This document shows, piece by piece, positions 19,097 through 27,599 of a stretch of 64,000 bases of DNA (the stretch's first letter is position 1; the number at the start of each line of letters is the position of its first letter). The stretch is from Acidobacteriota bacterium (GTDB lineage Bacteria; Acidobacteriota; Holophagae; Holophagales; Holophagaceae): the NCBI GenBank assembly GCA_021794095.1, contig JAJYRN010000013.1, positions 9,465 to 73,464 of the forward strand, given 5' to 3'. A program made the translations under genes and the position numbers. Under the pieces are notes generated by a model, which made no database searches, was not told the origin of the DNA, and saw only the letters and a list, made by a program, of their open reading frames with translations.

Positions 19097-19816
19097 TCAG
19101 CCCCGCAGGGCCCGGCGTGACACGCGGGCGAAGGGGGGCGCCTCCTGGCGGAGCATGGGACGCTCGAGCAGGAACTGGTACCACTGCTCGCCGTAGACCT
19201 TCATCTTCATCGCCTTGCCATTCTGCAGGAGGTTCCGGTTGGTGACGAGCCGCTCGTCGCCCTTGCAGACGCCCAGGCCCTTGTTGAGGATCTCGATGGC
19301 CCGGTCGCGCTCGCCCATCTCGGCCAGGACGTAGGCGTAGACGGCATAGAGCAGGCTTTCCTTCTTTCCGCTCTTGAGGGCCAGGTCGAAGGTCGCCTTC
19401 GCCTTCTTCTTCTCGCCACGCTTCCACTGGAGGATGGCCAGCATGGCCTTGGCGATGTAGTGCTGCATGGAGGCGGAGGCCAGCAGCGGTTCGGCCTCAT
19501 CGTGCTTCTTGCGGATGTACTGGATGACGCCGATCTGGCCATCAATGCTGCTCTTGACCAGGAACTGCCGGGGGCCCAGGCGATAGCCCTCCCGCATGAT
19601 CTCGATGGCCGGGTCGAACTGCTGCTTCTTCAGCAACTCGCCGGCCCGGGTGAAGATCTTCTCCAGCTTGTTCTGCACCTGCCGCCCCTGCCAGATGAAC
19701 ACCGCCCCACCAGCCACCAAGGCGAAGGGCACACTGATCCAGGGACTGATGTGCAGCAGGCTCGAAAGCAGGACCACGGCGAGGGCAGCGCCCAGTCCGA
19801 GCAGGAGGTTGATCAC
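19097..19816 (-). CDS. Membrane-anchored TPR-like protein
   Basis: Two N-terminal TM segments followed by TPR-like helices. GTG 19816 with GGAG RBS (track starts at 19852). Confidence 0.7.
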   Translation of the reverse strand: MINLLLGLGAALAVVLLSSLLHISPWISVPFALVAGGAVFIWQGRQVQNKLEKIFTRAGELLKKQQFDPAIEIMREGYRLGPRQFLVKSSIDGQIGVIQYIRKKHDEAEPLLASASMQHYIAKAMLAILQWKRGEKKKAKATFDLALKSGKKESLLYAVYAYVLAEMGERDRAIEILNKGLGVCKGDERLVTNRNLLQNGKAMKMKVYGEQWYQFLLERPMLRQEAPPFARVSRRALRG

Positions 19817-19914
19817 GGAGACTCCGTTGGGGCGGCCCGCTGTTTGGGCCAAAGGCCCATTTTATCGGTGTTCGCGCCGTTTGGCCACGCCGGGTTGTCA
19901 GGCACCATGCAGGG

Positions 19915-20173
19915 GTGCGCGAGGGGGGACATCGCGAGCCGAAGGCGAGCAGGCGGTCCCCCCTCGTTCAGGTCAGACAGGGTGCCCCGGCTTCGCCGGG
20001 ACGCCCTGTGGGGGTGCAGGAGGGGGGACATCGCGAGCCGAAGGCGAGCAGGCGGTCCCCCCTCGTTCAGGTCAGACAGGGTGCCCCGGCTTCGCCGGGA
20101 CGCCCTGTGGGGGTGCAGGAGGGGGGACATCGCGAGCCGAAGGCGAGCAGGCGGTCCCCCCTCGTTCAGGTCA
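19915..20173 (-). repeat. Tandem array of the 99-bp double-hairpin repeat (about 2.5 units)
   Basis: GAGGGGGGAC at 19921, 20020 and 20119 (period 99); the array starts at the ybeY stop codon. Confidence 0.95.
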
Positions 20174-20905
20174 GGCGATGACGCCGCTCCGGGAAGGGGC
20201 CGCCCGCTTCCGGCGGACGACCCGGCGGGTGGCGGGGGCTGCGGCCGCCGCTTCCTTCCGGGGACGCCCGGGACCGCGCTTCACGGGGGTCTCCTTGGGC
20301 TTGGGGGCTTTCCGGATTTTCGCTTTCTGGTCTTTCTTGGCCCGTTCGCGCCGCACCAGGGCGGCGGCGGCCCGGCCGGTGACCACCACCCGGGTGCCGT
20401 TCTTCAGCCTCTTGACCTTGCTGCCGGGCTTCCGCCCGCGCTTGAGGGTCATGGAGAGCGGTTCTTCCTGCAGCAGTTCGCGCTCCAGTTGTTCCTGCAA
20501 CGCCATCATTTCCCCGTGGTCCTTCTCGTGGTCGAAGCCGCACAGGTGAAGAAAACCATGGATCACAAGGGTTTCAACCTCACGCCGGCGGCTGACACCG
20601 AACTTGCGGGCCATTTTATCCGCCATGGGGAGGCTGATGACGATATCGCCCAGATGAGGGAAGGCGCCCTTCTCAGCAGCTGAAGGGAAACTCAGCACAT
20701 CCGTCGTGGTGTTTTTTTCACGATGGATGCGGTTGAGTTTTCTCATGCCGACATCATCCACATAGGTCAAGGAGACGCCCTGGGCTTCCGGCGCAAGGCG
20801 ATCCCGGAGCTGATGAAAAAGAGCGCCGAGGGAATGTTCACCAGGGCCGCGCATTTTGCTTCGACTGGACCAGTCAATCAGGAAGGGCAATGTCGTTGTG
20901 TCCAT
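20171..20905 (-). CDS. ybeY: rRNA maturation endoribonuclease YbeY with long basic C-terminal tail
   Basis: MRKLNRIHREKNTTTDVLSF, LGDIVIS, LVIHGFLHLCGFDHE; about 90-aa Lys/Arg-rich extension. Confidence 0.92.
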   Translation of the reverse strand: MDTTTLPFLIDWSSRSKMRGPGEHSLGALFHQLRDRLAPEAQGVSLTYVDDVGMRKLNRIHREKNTTTDVLSFPSAAEKGAFPHLGDIVISLPMADKMARKFGVSRRREVETLVIHGFLHLCGFDHEKDHGEMMALQEQLERELLQEEPLSMTLKRGRKPGSKVKRLKNGTRVVVTGRAAAALVRRERAKKDQKAKIRKAPKPKETPVKRGPGRPRKEAAAAAPATRRVVRRKRAAPSRSGVIA

Positions 20906-21128
20906 GACCAGCTCCTGTGCAAATACACCAAAGGATGATCATCATCGTCTCCTGAATATGAATCGTCAATGCTTCGTGGATAAATGAATGATTTTTGGTG
21001 ATGTAAATAGTGATGATCGGTGTAGTTCGCAAGGTGAGAGGGTGGTACGATTTGTTGATTCCAGTTGATAAACCAAGGTCCAATTCAGGATTCAACGGCC
21101 AGGAAGGCACTCCTGCCATCATCGAAGC

Positions 21129-21710
21129 ATGACGTGTCCGCACCTGCCTCCCCATCTGGACGCACCCCTGGCCCGCTACCTCGATCTGCTGGACCGGTGG
21201 AACCAGACCCATGCCCTGACGGCCCTGCCCCGGGCTGCCCGGGCGGAAGAACTCCTCCTGGATGCCGCCGCCCTTCTCCCCTGGTTGGAATCTCTGACGG
21301 CCGGGAGCCGGGTGGCCGATTTCGGTACCGGGATGGGCATCCCCGCGGTCGTGATTGCCCTGGCGCGCCCGGAGTTGCAGGTGCTGGCCGTGGATGCCTC
21401 GGCCAAGAAGCTGGCCTTTGTGCGGCAAGCCTGCCTGGAACTCCCGATCCCCAATCTCCTGCCCGTCCAGGGGCGCCTGGAGGCGCTCACGCCCCTGGTG
21501 GCGGATCTGGGTGTGGCCAAGGCGCTCGGTTCCTTCGAGCAACTGCTGGGCTGGTGGCAACGCCATGGCCGTCCGGGATCCCGATTCCTCGCGCTGAAGG
21601 GGCCCGACTGGCAGCGGGAGCCCGTGCCCACAGGGTGGACGGCCACGCCGCACCCGTACGTGCTGCCCACCCGCGGAAGCCGGACGGTGGTGGAACTCGC
21701 CCAAAAATAA
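21129..21710 (+). CDS. rsmG: 16S rRNA m7G527 methyltransferase
   Basis: LDRWNQTHALTA, VADFGTGMGIPAV, VDASAKKLAF, LALKG. Confidence 0.88.
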   Translation: MTCPHLPPHLDAPLARYLDLLDRWNQTHALTALPRAARAEELLLDAAALLPWLESLTAGSRVADFGTGMGIPAVVIALARPELQVLAVDASAKKLAFVRQACLELPIPNLLPVQGRLEALTPLVADLGVAKALGSFEQLLGWWQRHGRPGSRFLALKGPDWQREPVPTGWTATPHPYVLPTRGSRTVVELAQK

Positions 21711-21733
21711 CGGGGCCCTGGTCAGGGCCCCGT
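21710..21733. terminator. Hairpin between convergent rsmG and LysM genes
   Basis: ACGGGGCCCTG-GT-CAGGGCCCCGT. Confidence 0.55.
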
Positions 21734-21756
21734 CAGGTCAGGCGAACACGGGTGGC

Positions 21757-22941
21757 TCAGCGGGTGGCCAGATCCCTCATCCGGATCTCCTCCTGGGAGC
21801 GCAGCACGCGGCCCGTGGCATTGGTGGGTTCTACGCGAACGATCAGAATCTGGCCGAGGTAGTGGTGGATCGTTTCTTTGGCCTGCTTCTGCTTGGGGCC
21901 GGTCGTGGCGCCTGGGAATGATTTGGTTCGCACCGCCAGCAGGACATCACCGACTTTCAGGCCGTTGTTGCTGCCCCGGTCCAGGATGAGCATGTCGCCG
22001 CTGGAGGTATCAATGCGGGCATCCCGGGCGTAGGCCACCATGGCTGGGTCAGGCTGCATCTGCACGGGATCTGTGATGTCGGTACGCAGATGGAGGGGCA
22101 TGGTCGCCGGCTCGGTGAACCGGACCAGATGGTTGCCGACTTCCACCGAATCCATGCAGCGCTCGATGATGCCCACAGCGCCCTTGTCCATGGTGCTGGT
22201 GACCCGGATAACGCCCACCTGCTGGAGGACATCACCCAGGGGTTTCCGGCCACCCCGTGGGTTCGCCAGGCGGGTGGCGACGGTCTTCAGAATCAGGAAC
22301 CGGTCCCCCTGGCGTACACCCTGGTCGGTGCCACCGTTGATATAGATGGTCTCGCCTTCGCCGAGGAATTTCCGCTCATCGTCGCGGTTGCCGGTGATCT
22401 GGAAGGCACCCTGGCTCTTGTAGTAGGCCTGAGCACCCTCGGGAACCAGGAAGGGCAGTTGGATGAAATCCTGAAAACTGAAGCCGAGTTCAGGCTTCAC
22501 AGGCACCGAATAGCCGGAGAGTCCCTGGTCAGGTTCAAGGTTGGACACCTCGGGGGGCACCGAGCCCGCCGTCGCAACTTTGCGGGTCAGGTCAATCACC
22601 AGCGGATCGCCCGGGAAGATCCAATGGGGATCCTTGATCCATTGGTTGAGTTCCCAGATCTGGGGCCAGGCGTAGGTATTGCCAAGATACTTGCCTGCCA
22701 AATCCCAGAGGGTGTCCCCCTTCTGGACGATGTGGCTGCGGGAACCCTCGGGCAGCTTGAGTTCCCTGGGGTACTGCCAGCGGGACGCGTGGGGGGCCAC
22801 TTGGATGGGGCCTGCAGGCTGATTCTCCTGGGCCTTCAGCAGGGGGGTAGCCACGCTCAGAGCGAGGAATCCTGCCACCAGACCGCGTGAGGCCACAAGG
22901 GCACTCAACCGGCCAACATGTTGGCGAATAGGCTGGTACAT
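21757..22941 (-). CDS. LysM peptidoglycan-binding periplasmic protein
   Basis: Signal region; HIVQKGDTLWDLAGKYLGNTYAWPQIWELNQWIKDPHWIFPGD; C-terminal beta-rich domains. Confidence 0.88.
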   Translation of the reverse strand: MYQPIRQHVGRLSALVASRGLVAGFLALSVATPLLKAQENQPAGPIQVAPHASRWQYPRELKLPEGSRSHIVQKGDTLWDLAGKYLGNTYAWPQIWELNQWIKDPHWIFPGDPLVIDLTRKVATAGSVPPEVSNLEPDQGLSGYSVPVKPELGFSFQDFIQLPFLVPEGAQAYYKSQGAFQITGNRDDERKFLGEGETIYINGGTDQGVRQGDRFLILKTVATRLANPRGGRKPLGDVLQQVGVIRVTSTMDKGAVGIIERCMDSVEVGNHLVRFTEPATMPLHLRTDITDPVQMQPDPAMVAYARDARIDTSSGDMLILDRGSNNGLKVGDVLLAVRTKSFPGATTGPKQKQAKETIHHYLGQILIVRVEPTNATGRVLRSQEEIRMRDLATR

Positions 22942-22972
22942 CGGAATCCCCCTGGGAGGAAAGGTGCGCTGA

Positions 22973-23884
22973 TTATAGATCCTCGACACGGATCATATCC
23001 GAAAATAATGACAACCTGTTGCGTACATCATCCTGGGTGACCTGTTCAAGGCGTTCGGTGGAAAACCGTTCCACCGTGAAGCTGGCCATCACGGAACCCA
23101 CGAGGGTGGCGTGTTTCAAGGCGGTGGTGTCCATGCGGTCCATCCAGGCCAGGTAGCCCAGGAACCCGCCCGCGAAGGTGTCACCGGCCCCGGTGGGATC
23201 AAAAACTTCTTCCAGAGGATAAGCGGGAGCGCCAAATACCCCTTCGGGCGTGAAAAGGGCCACGCCATATTCGCCCCGCTTGACCACAAGAATCCGTGGC
23301 CCCAGCGCCTGGACCCGGCGGTAGGCCTTCAGAAGGCTGTGTTCCTGGGTGAGTTCGCGCACTTCTGCATCGTTGACCAGAAGGATGTCCACTTCCCGCA
23401 GCACCTGCTCGAGGGCGGGCCGGGCGCCGTGGATCCAGTAGTTCATGGTGTCGAGGGCGATCCAGCGGGGCCGCTGCGCCATCTGTCGCACCACATCCAG
23501 TTGGAGCACCGGATCAATGTTGCCCAGGAACAGGTAGGGGGACAGGCGGTGGCTTTCGGGAAGATCCGGGCGGAAGGAGGCGAAGACGTTCAGGTGGGTG
23601 GCCAGAGTCCTCGCTTCGTTCAGGTCATAGCCGTAGGCGCCTTGCCAATGAAAACTTTGCCCCGGCACGTGGGAGAGGCCCTTGAGATCAATGGGGCGGC
23701 CCTCGAACACCCGCATCTGCTCAGGGCCGAAATCCTCGCCGACCACGGCGACGATCCGAACCGGGTGGAAGCAGCTGGCGCTGAGGGAGAAATAGGTGGC
23801 CGAGCCGCCGAGGGCGCGTTCCCGGCGTCCGAATGGGGTTTCCACGTCGTCGAATGCGACACTGCCGATCGCCAATAGGCTCAT
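22973..23884 (-). CDS. PfkB family carbohydrate/nucleoside kinase
   Basis: GSVAFD, LGGSATY, VNDAE, VVKRGEYG, DPTGAGDTFAGGF. Confidence 0.93.
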   Translation of the reverse strand: MSLLAIGSVAFDDVETPFGRRERALGGSATYFSLSASCFHPVRIVAVVGEDFGPEQMRVFEGRPIDLKGLSHVPGQSFHWQGAYGYDLNEARTLATHLNVFASFRPDLPESHRLSPYLFLGNIDPVLQLDVVRQMAQRPRWIALDTMNYWIHGARPALEQVLREVDILLVNDAEVRELTQEHSLLKAYRRVQALGPRILVVKRGEYGVALFTPEGVFGAPAYPLEEVFDPTGAGDTFAGGFLGYLAWMDRMDTTALKHATLVGSVMASFTVERFSTERLEQVTQDDVRNRLSLFSDMIRVEDL

Positions 23885-23941
23885 GGAGGCTCCTTCAGAA
23901 GGGTCCAGGCCAGACGCGCGCCTGGCCGCGGGCCCTTGGCG

Positions 23942-24670
23942 TCAGGCGGGTGGGGCGAAATAGAGGAGCCACGCCTGGGCGCCTCCCATGGGGACCGGGG
24001 CCTGGGCGTAGCGGGTGATCATCGGGGCTTCCCCTGATTCGAGAAGGACCAGAAGGCCTTCATGCAGCGCGGGGTCGGTGCCCAGAAGCACCTGGATGGA
24101 CCGCCAGCCCAGCAGGAAACCGTCCGCCAGGCGGTCCTTGAGCCGCTCGATGGCATCCTGCCGGGAGTGCCCGCGGAGGTCGAGGATGCCGTCCACCTCC
24201 AGGGCCATGCCCGCCGCGAGCTGAAAGCGCACCGGACGCGCGGAGAGTGGCGGCGGAAGCGCCGGTTCCACCGGCGGGGGCGGCGCCGGGTCGGGTTCCG
24301 CCACCGGCTCGGGAACTTCGAGCACCGGAACCGGAGCTGCCGGCCGAGGCGGCGGGAGGGGTGTGGACTTCGGGCGCACGGCCGGCCGGGCCAGGGGCTT
24401 GAGGCCCTTGAGATCCGCGACAGCTTCCGCGAAGGTGTCCGGCGGTGGGGGAGGGGGTTCTACAGGTGCCGCCTGAACCTCCGGAATCCGGGTGGGAGCC
24501 GGGCGGGCCTGCCGCCGCCCCATGGCCGCCAGGAATAGGGCGTCCTCTGTGTTCAAATCTGCGGGTGTCAACGGCTTATCAGGAGGTTTGGGCACCGGCT
24601 TCGGAGGGGGTGGCATGGGCGCCTCCCCCAACTGCTGCTTCAGTTTCGCGAGATCCTGTTTCCAGACCAT
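23942..24670 (-). CDS. Smr/SmrA-like domain protein with Pro-rich linker
   Basis: DALFLAAM and FAEAVADLKGLKPL N-terminal motifs; C-terminal LDLRGHSRQDA...GGAQAWLLYF. Confidence 0.7.
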   Translation of the reverse strand: MVWKQDLAKLKQQLGEAPMPPPPKPVPKPPDKPLTPADLNTEDALFLAAMGRRQARPAPTRIPEVQAAPVEPPPPPPDTFAEAVADLKGLKPLARPAVRPKSTPLPPPRPAAPVPVLEVPEPVAEPDPAPPPPVEPALPPPLSARPVRFQLAAGMALEVDGILDLRGHSRQDAIERLKDRLADGFLLGWRSIQVLLGTDPALHEGLLVLLESGEAPMITRYAQAPVPMGGAQAWLLYFAPPA

Positions 24671-24876
24671 GGCCGCCTCAGTGGTCCAGGGTAGGCCATG
24701 CGGAGCTGATGCCAAAGGCCTGCTGTTGCAATCCCGCACCACTGGCTGGGGCATCCTGCGACGGATCCATGCCGGATCAACCGCGGTCAGGCCTGTCCGT
24801 TCCAATCGTGGGGGCGCTTTCCCGCATCTGGCACGCGCTTCGCTCCTAGACTGTTCACACCGCCCACGGAGGCCCC

Positions 24877-25527
24877 ATGCGCCGCATCGCTCTGCTGACC
24901 GCCCTTCCGCTGCTCCTGGCTTCGGGTTCTGCCCTCCGAGCCCAGTCGCCCCACATGGGGTTCAGCCTCAATCTGCTGATCCCGACGGGAGATTTCAACA
25001 GCAAGAGCTACCCGCCCTATTTCGATGCTTCAGGCAACCTCATCCCCACCCAGACGGACAGCTATGACCTGGGCCTGGGTGGGACGTTCTTCCTCAGTTT
25101 CCCGGTGGACCGCAGCGTGGCCTTCCGGTTGAGCTTCAGCGGTGCCGCCAATTCCGGGAGCAACACGGCCCCGGGGCAGGCGACGATCAACCTCCGCCAT
25201 TCCGAATTCAACCTGGGCGGCGAGGTGGAACTCTTTCCGGAAGGGACGGCCTACCGGCACCGGGGCCTCTATTTCCTGGGGGGCATTTCTGCGGATTTCG
25301 AGCAGTTCGACCGCAGCTTCGGGGATCCCGGATGGGATTACACCAACACCACCCGCAAGAGCCGGATGGGGGGCACAGTTGGGATTGGCCACACCTTCGG
25401 CTTCGATGCCGGGTCGCGGTTCACCCTCGAATGCGTGTTCCACAAGACCTTGACCGGCAACAACCTGAACGCGGGTGATCCTCCCAACACCGATTACGTC
25501 CGGCTGGGCTTCGGCTGGGTGTTCTGA
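24877..25527 (+). CDS. Outer-membrane beta-barrel protein (OmpA/OmpW-like, 8-stranded)
   Basis: Signal peptide, alternating hydrophobic strands, terminal YVRLGFGWVF. Confidence 0.85.
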   Translation: MRRIALLTALPLLLASGSALRAQSPHMGFSLNLLIPTGDFNSKSYPPYFDASGNLIPTQTDSYDLGLGGTFFLSFPVDRSVAFRLSFSGAANSGSNTAPGQATINLRHSEFNLGGEVELFPEGTAYRHRGLYFLGGISADFEQFDRSFGDPGWDYTNTTRKSRMGGTVGIGHTFGFDAGSRFTLECVFHKTLTGNNLNAGDPPNTDYVRLGFGWVF

Positions 25528-25534
25528 AGCGAAG

Positions 25535-25570
25535 CAAGAAAGCGGCCCCCGTCCGGGGGCCGCTTTCTTG
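25535..25570. terminator. Bidirectional rho-independent terminator
   Basis: CAAGAAAGCGGCCCCC-GTCC-GGGGGCCGCTTTCTTG between convergent genes. Confidence 0.8.
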
Positions 25571-25588
25571 TCTCGCTTCCGGGCTTTT

Positions 25589-26461
25589 CTAACGCCGTTT
25601 TACGGCGTGTTTCCGCTTGCTCCGCGGGGCCATGGGCCTCGGCATGGGGGATGGCGTCGCCTCCTGGCCCAGGAGGTAGCGCACGAAGTGGGACACCTCG
25701 GCGTTGCCCGGATCCAGTTTCTCCAGGCGGCGGGCGTAGGCCAGCCGTTCCGCCTGGGGGCGGGAGTCGTCGCCCTTCACCTGAATGAGCTTTTCGGCCA
25801 CGTAGCGGGCAGGCCCGCCGGCTTGGGCGATGTCCGTTTTCTCCTGACCCAGGAAGGCCTGCCAGGCTGACAGGGCCTGGGTGGTGCTCGCCTGGTCCTG
25901 TTTCAACGTGGCCAGGATGCTGGCGATGTCCGCCAGGGATTTCTGGCTGTGGGCAATGGCCGCTTGTTGCTCCTGGACGAAAATCTTCAGCTGTTGGTGG
26001 AGCTTGATCTGGTCCTGCGTGAGCCCCGGTGCGTCATCCAGAGCCTTCAGGCGAAGCTGCTGAGTCGCCAGGCCATCCTGGAATTCCTTGAGCTTGGCCT
26101 CATGCTCGGCGCGGGTCTTGGCCAGCAGAGCCGTCGCGTTGGTGAGGTTCTCGGTCGCGGCGGCCTGGGCCCTCTGCAGATGGGCCACCGCGTCCTCCCA
26201 ACTGCCTTCGGACACGCACGCCCGGGCCGCGAGCCCCTGGAGGGCGACCAGGGCGTGCATGTCGTTGTAGTCGGAAGGATTGACGGAGACGCCCTCGCGG
26301 CCCAGAAGCGCCTCGATGCCCTTGCGGACGATGGGCGCATCGCCCCGGTCTATCTGGGCTTCCCAGGGGATGCGGACTTCACGGAGCCGATCCGACAGGG
26401 ACTGGCCCGCGAGGGCGGTCGCCAAGGCCAGAAGGGCAGCGGTGGGCAGGCGCTTCAGCAC
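25589..26461 (-). CDS. Secreted alpha-helical coiled-coil/TPR-like protein (paralog B)
   Basis: GTG 26461 starts a signal peptide (LKRLPTAALLALATALAG); EGSWEDA, long coiled coil, RRLEKLDPGN, basic tail. Confidence 0.75.
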   Translation of the reverse strand: MLKRLPTAALLALATALAGQSLSDRLREVRIPWEAQIDRGDAPIVRKGIEALLGREGVSVNPSDYNDMHALVALQGLAARACVSEGSWEDAVAHLQRAQAAATENLTNATALLAKTRAEHEAKLKEFQDGLATQQLRLKALDDAPGLTQDQIKLHQQLKIFVQEQQAAIAHSQKSLADIASILATLKQDQASTTQALSAWQAFLGQEKTDIAQAGGPARYVAEKLIQVKGDDSRPQAERLAYARRLEKLDPGNAEVSHFVRYLLGQEATPSPMPRPMAPRSKRKHAVKRR

Positions 26462-26468
26462 GGGTACC

Positions 26469-27506
26469 TTACTTCCGCTTTTTGGGGTGGTACTTGCGAA
26501 GGACGGGCTTGTGTTCAACTACAAAAGGCTTCTTGCCCTCGACCAGGTTGTGCAGGACTCGCTCGGCCATCGGGTTGCCCGGATCCAGGACCAGCAGGCG
26601 GTTGACGAAGTCCACCTGTTCCATGGGGGAGGACAACCCCGTGATGTTCTCGTGCTTCCGCAGGACAGCATCCACCCAGGTGCGGTTGCCCACCACCTTC
26701 ACCCGCCGTTTGGCTTCCTGCGCGTTGAAGTCGGCGATCTCCTTGGCCTGGGCGGCCGTATTGGCCTTCACCTTGGCCAGATCATCCGACGCAGCCTTGA
26801 CCATGTCAGCGGCTTCCCGGGTGTTCTCGGTCATGTACTTGGAGACGATGGCGGCCTTGGCGGCATTGTCCTGGTGCAGCTTGATGGTGGCGGCGATCTG
26901 GGCGATCTCCTGCTGCTGCTCCGTAGCCACCTTGCCGCGGGCGTTGATGTCTTCGGCTTCCTGCTTGGTGAGGGTCTTCTTCTTGGCGGCCACATCCGCC
27001 TTGACCTGGTTGAATTCGGTGGTGAACGCCTTGAGCTTGGCCTCCAGGTCCGCCTGGCGGGGCTGGTTGGCGGCAATGTAGGCCTTCCCATCGGCGACCG
27101 CCTTGTCCCACACCGCCTGGATGGGCTGCTGGCCCTTGGCCAGGTCGGCCTGGAAGGTCTGGGCGAGGGTCAGGCGCTTGGCCTGGATGTCCTGGGCCTT
27201 TTCCCACTGGCCGGCGGCGATGGCGGTGCTGGCCCACAGACGGTACATGGACATCAGACCCTGGGTCTGATCAAGACTCCGGACAATGGTTTGGAGGTTC
27301 GAGGCGTCAAAGGCGGGGGGCTGGGCCGGGATCAGCGCGCCGGCCTTGGCCATGGCGTCCTGGGCCTTGAATTCCTTCAGGAGCTGGTTGACGGAAGGCA
27401 GGGCGGCATTGAACTGCTGCCGCAGATCCGGTGGGGCCGGAGCGGGCGCGGGGGCCTGGGCGACCAGCGCCAGGGCGGGAAGGAAGACAAGGGTGGCCGG
27501 ACGCAT
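26469..27506 (-). CDS. Secreted alpha-helical coiled-coil/TPR-like protein (paralog A)
   Basis: GGAG RBS, signal peptide; AGQWEKA, long coiled coil, RLLVLDPGN, basic tail. Confidence 0.78.
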   Translation of the reverse strand: MRPATLVFLPALALVAQAPAPAPAPPDLRQQFNAALPSVNQLLKEFKAQDAMAKAGALIPAQPPAFDASNLQTIVRSLDQTQGLMSMYRLWASTAIAAGQWEKAQDIQAKRLTLAQTFQADLAKGQQPIQAVWDKAVADGKAYIAANQPRQADLEAKLKAFTTEFNQVKADVAAKKKTLTKQEAEDINARGKVATEQQQEIAQIAATIKLHQDNAAKAAIVSKYMTENTREAADMVKAASDDLAKVKANTAAQAKEIADFNAQEAKRRVKVVGNRTWVDAVLRKHENITGLSSPMEQVDFVNRLLVLDPGNPMAERVLHNLVEGKKPFVVEHKPVLRKYHPKKRK

Positions 27507-27599
27507 GGGATCTCCAGGAAAGTCCAACCCCCAGGGTAAACGAAAGGAGTCCGCCTGTCCCCGGGTCGGTACCCGGGGCAGGCCTCCTTGTGATCCAGC

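Noticed and set aside
19915-20173. 99-bp and 78-bp arrays as CRISPR arrays
   Set aside because: The intervening segments are identical or homologous hairpins rather than unique spacers, unit lengths do not fit, and there are no cas genes.
20906-21128. AT-rich ybeY-rsmG intergenic region as oriC
   Set aside because: Only one near-consensus DnaA box (CGTGGATAA, 20975-20983) and one two-mismatch box; no dnaA, dnaN or mnmG adjacent. More likely a divergent promoter.
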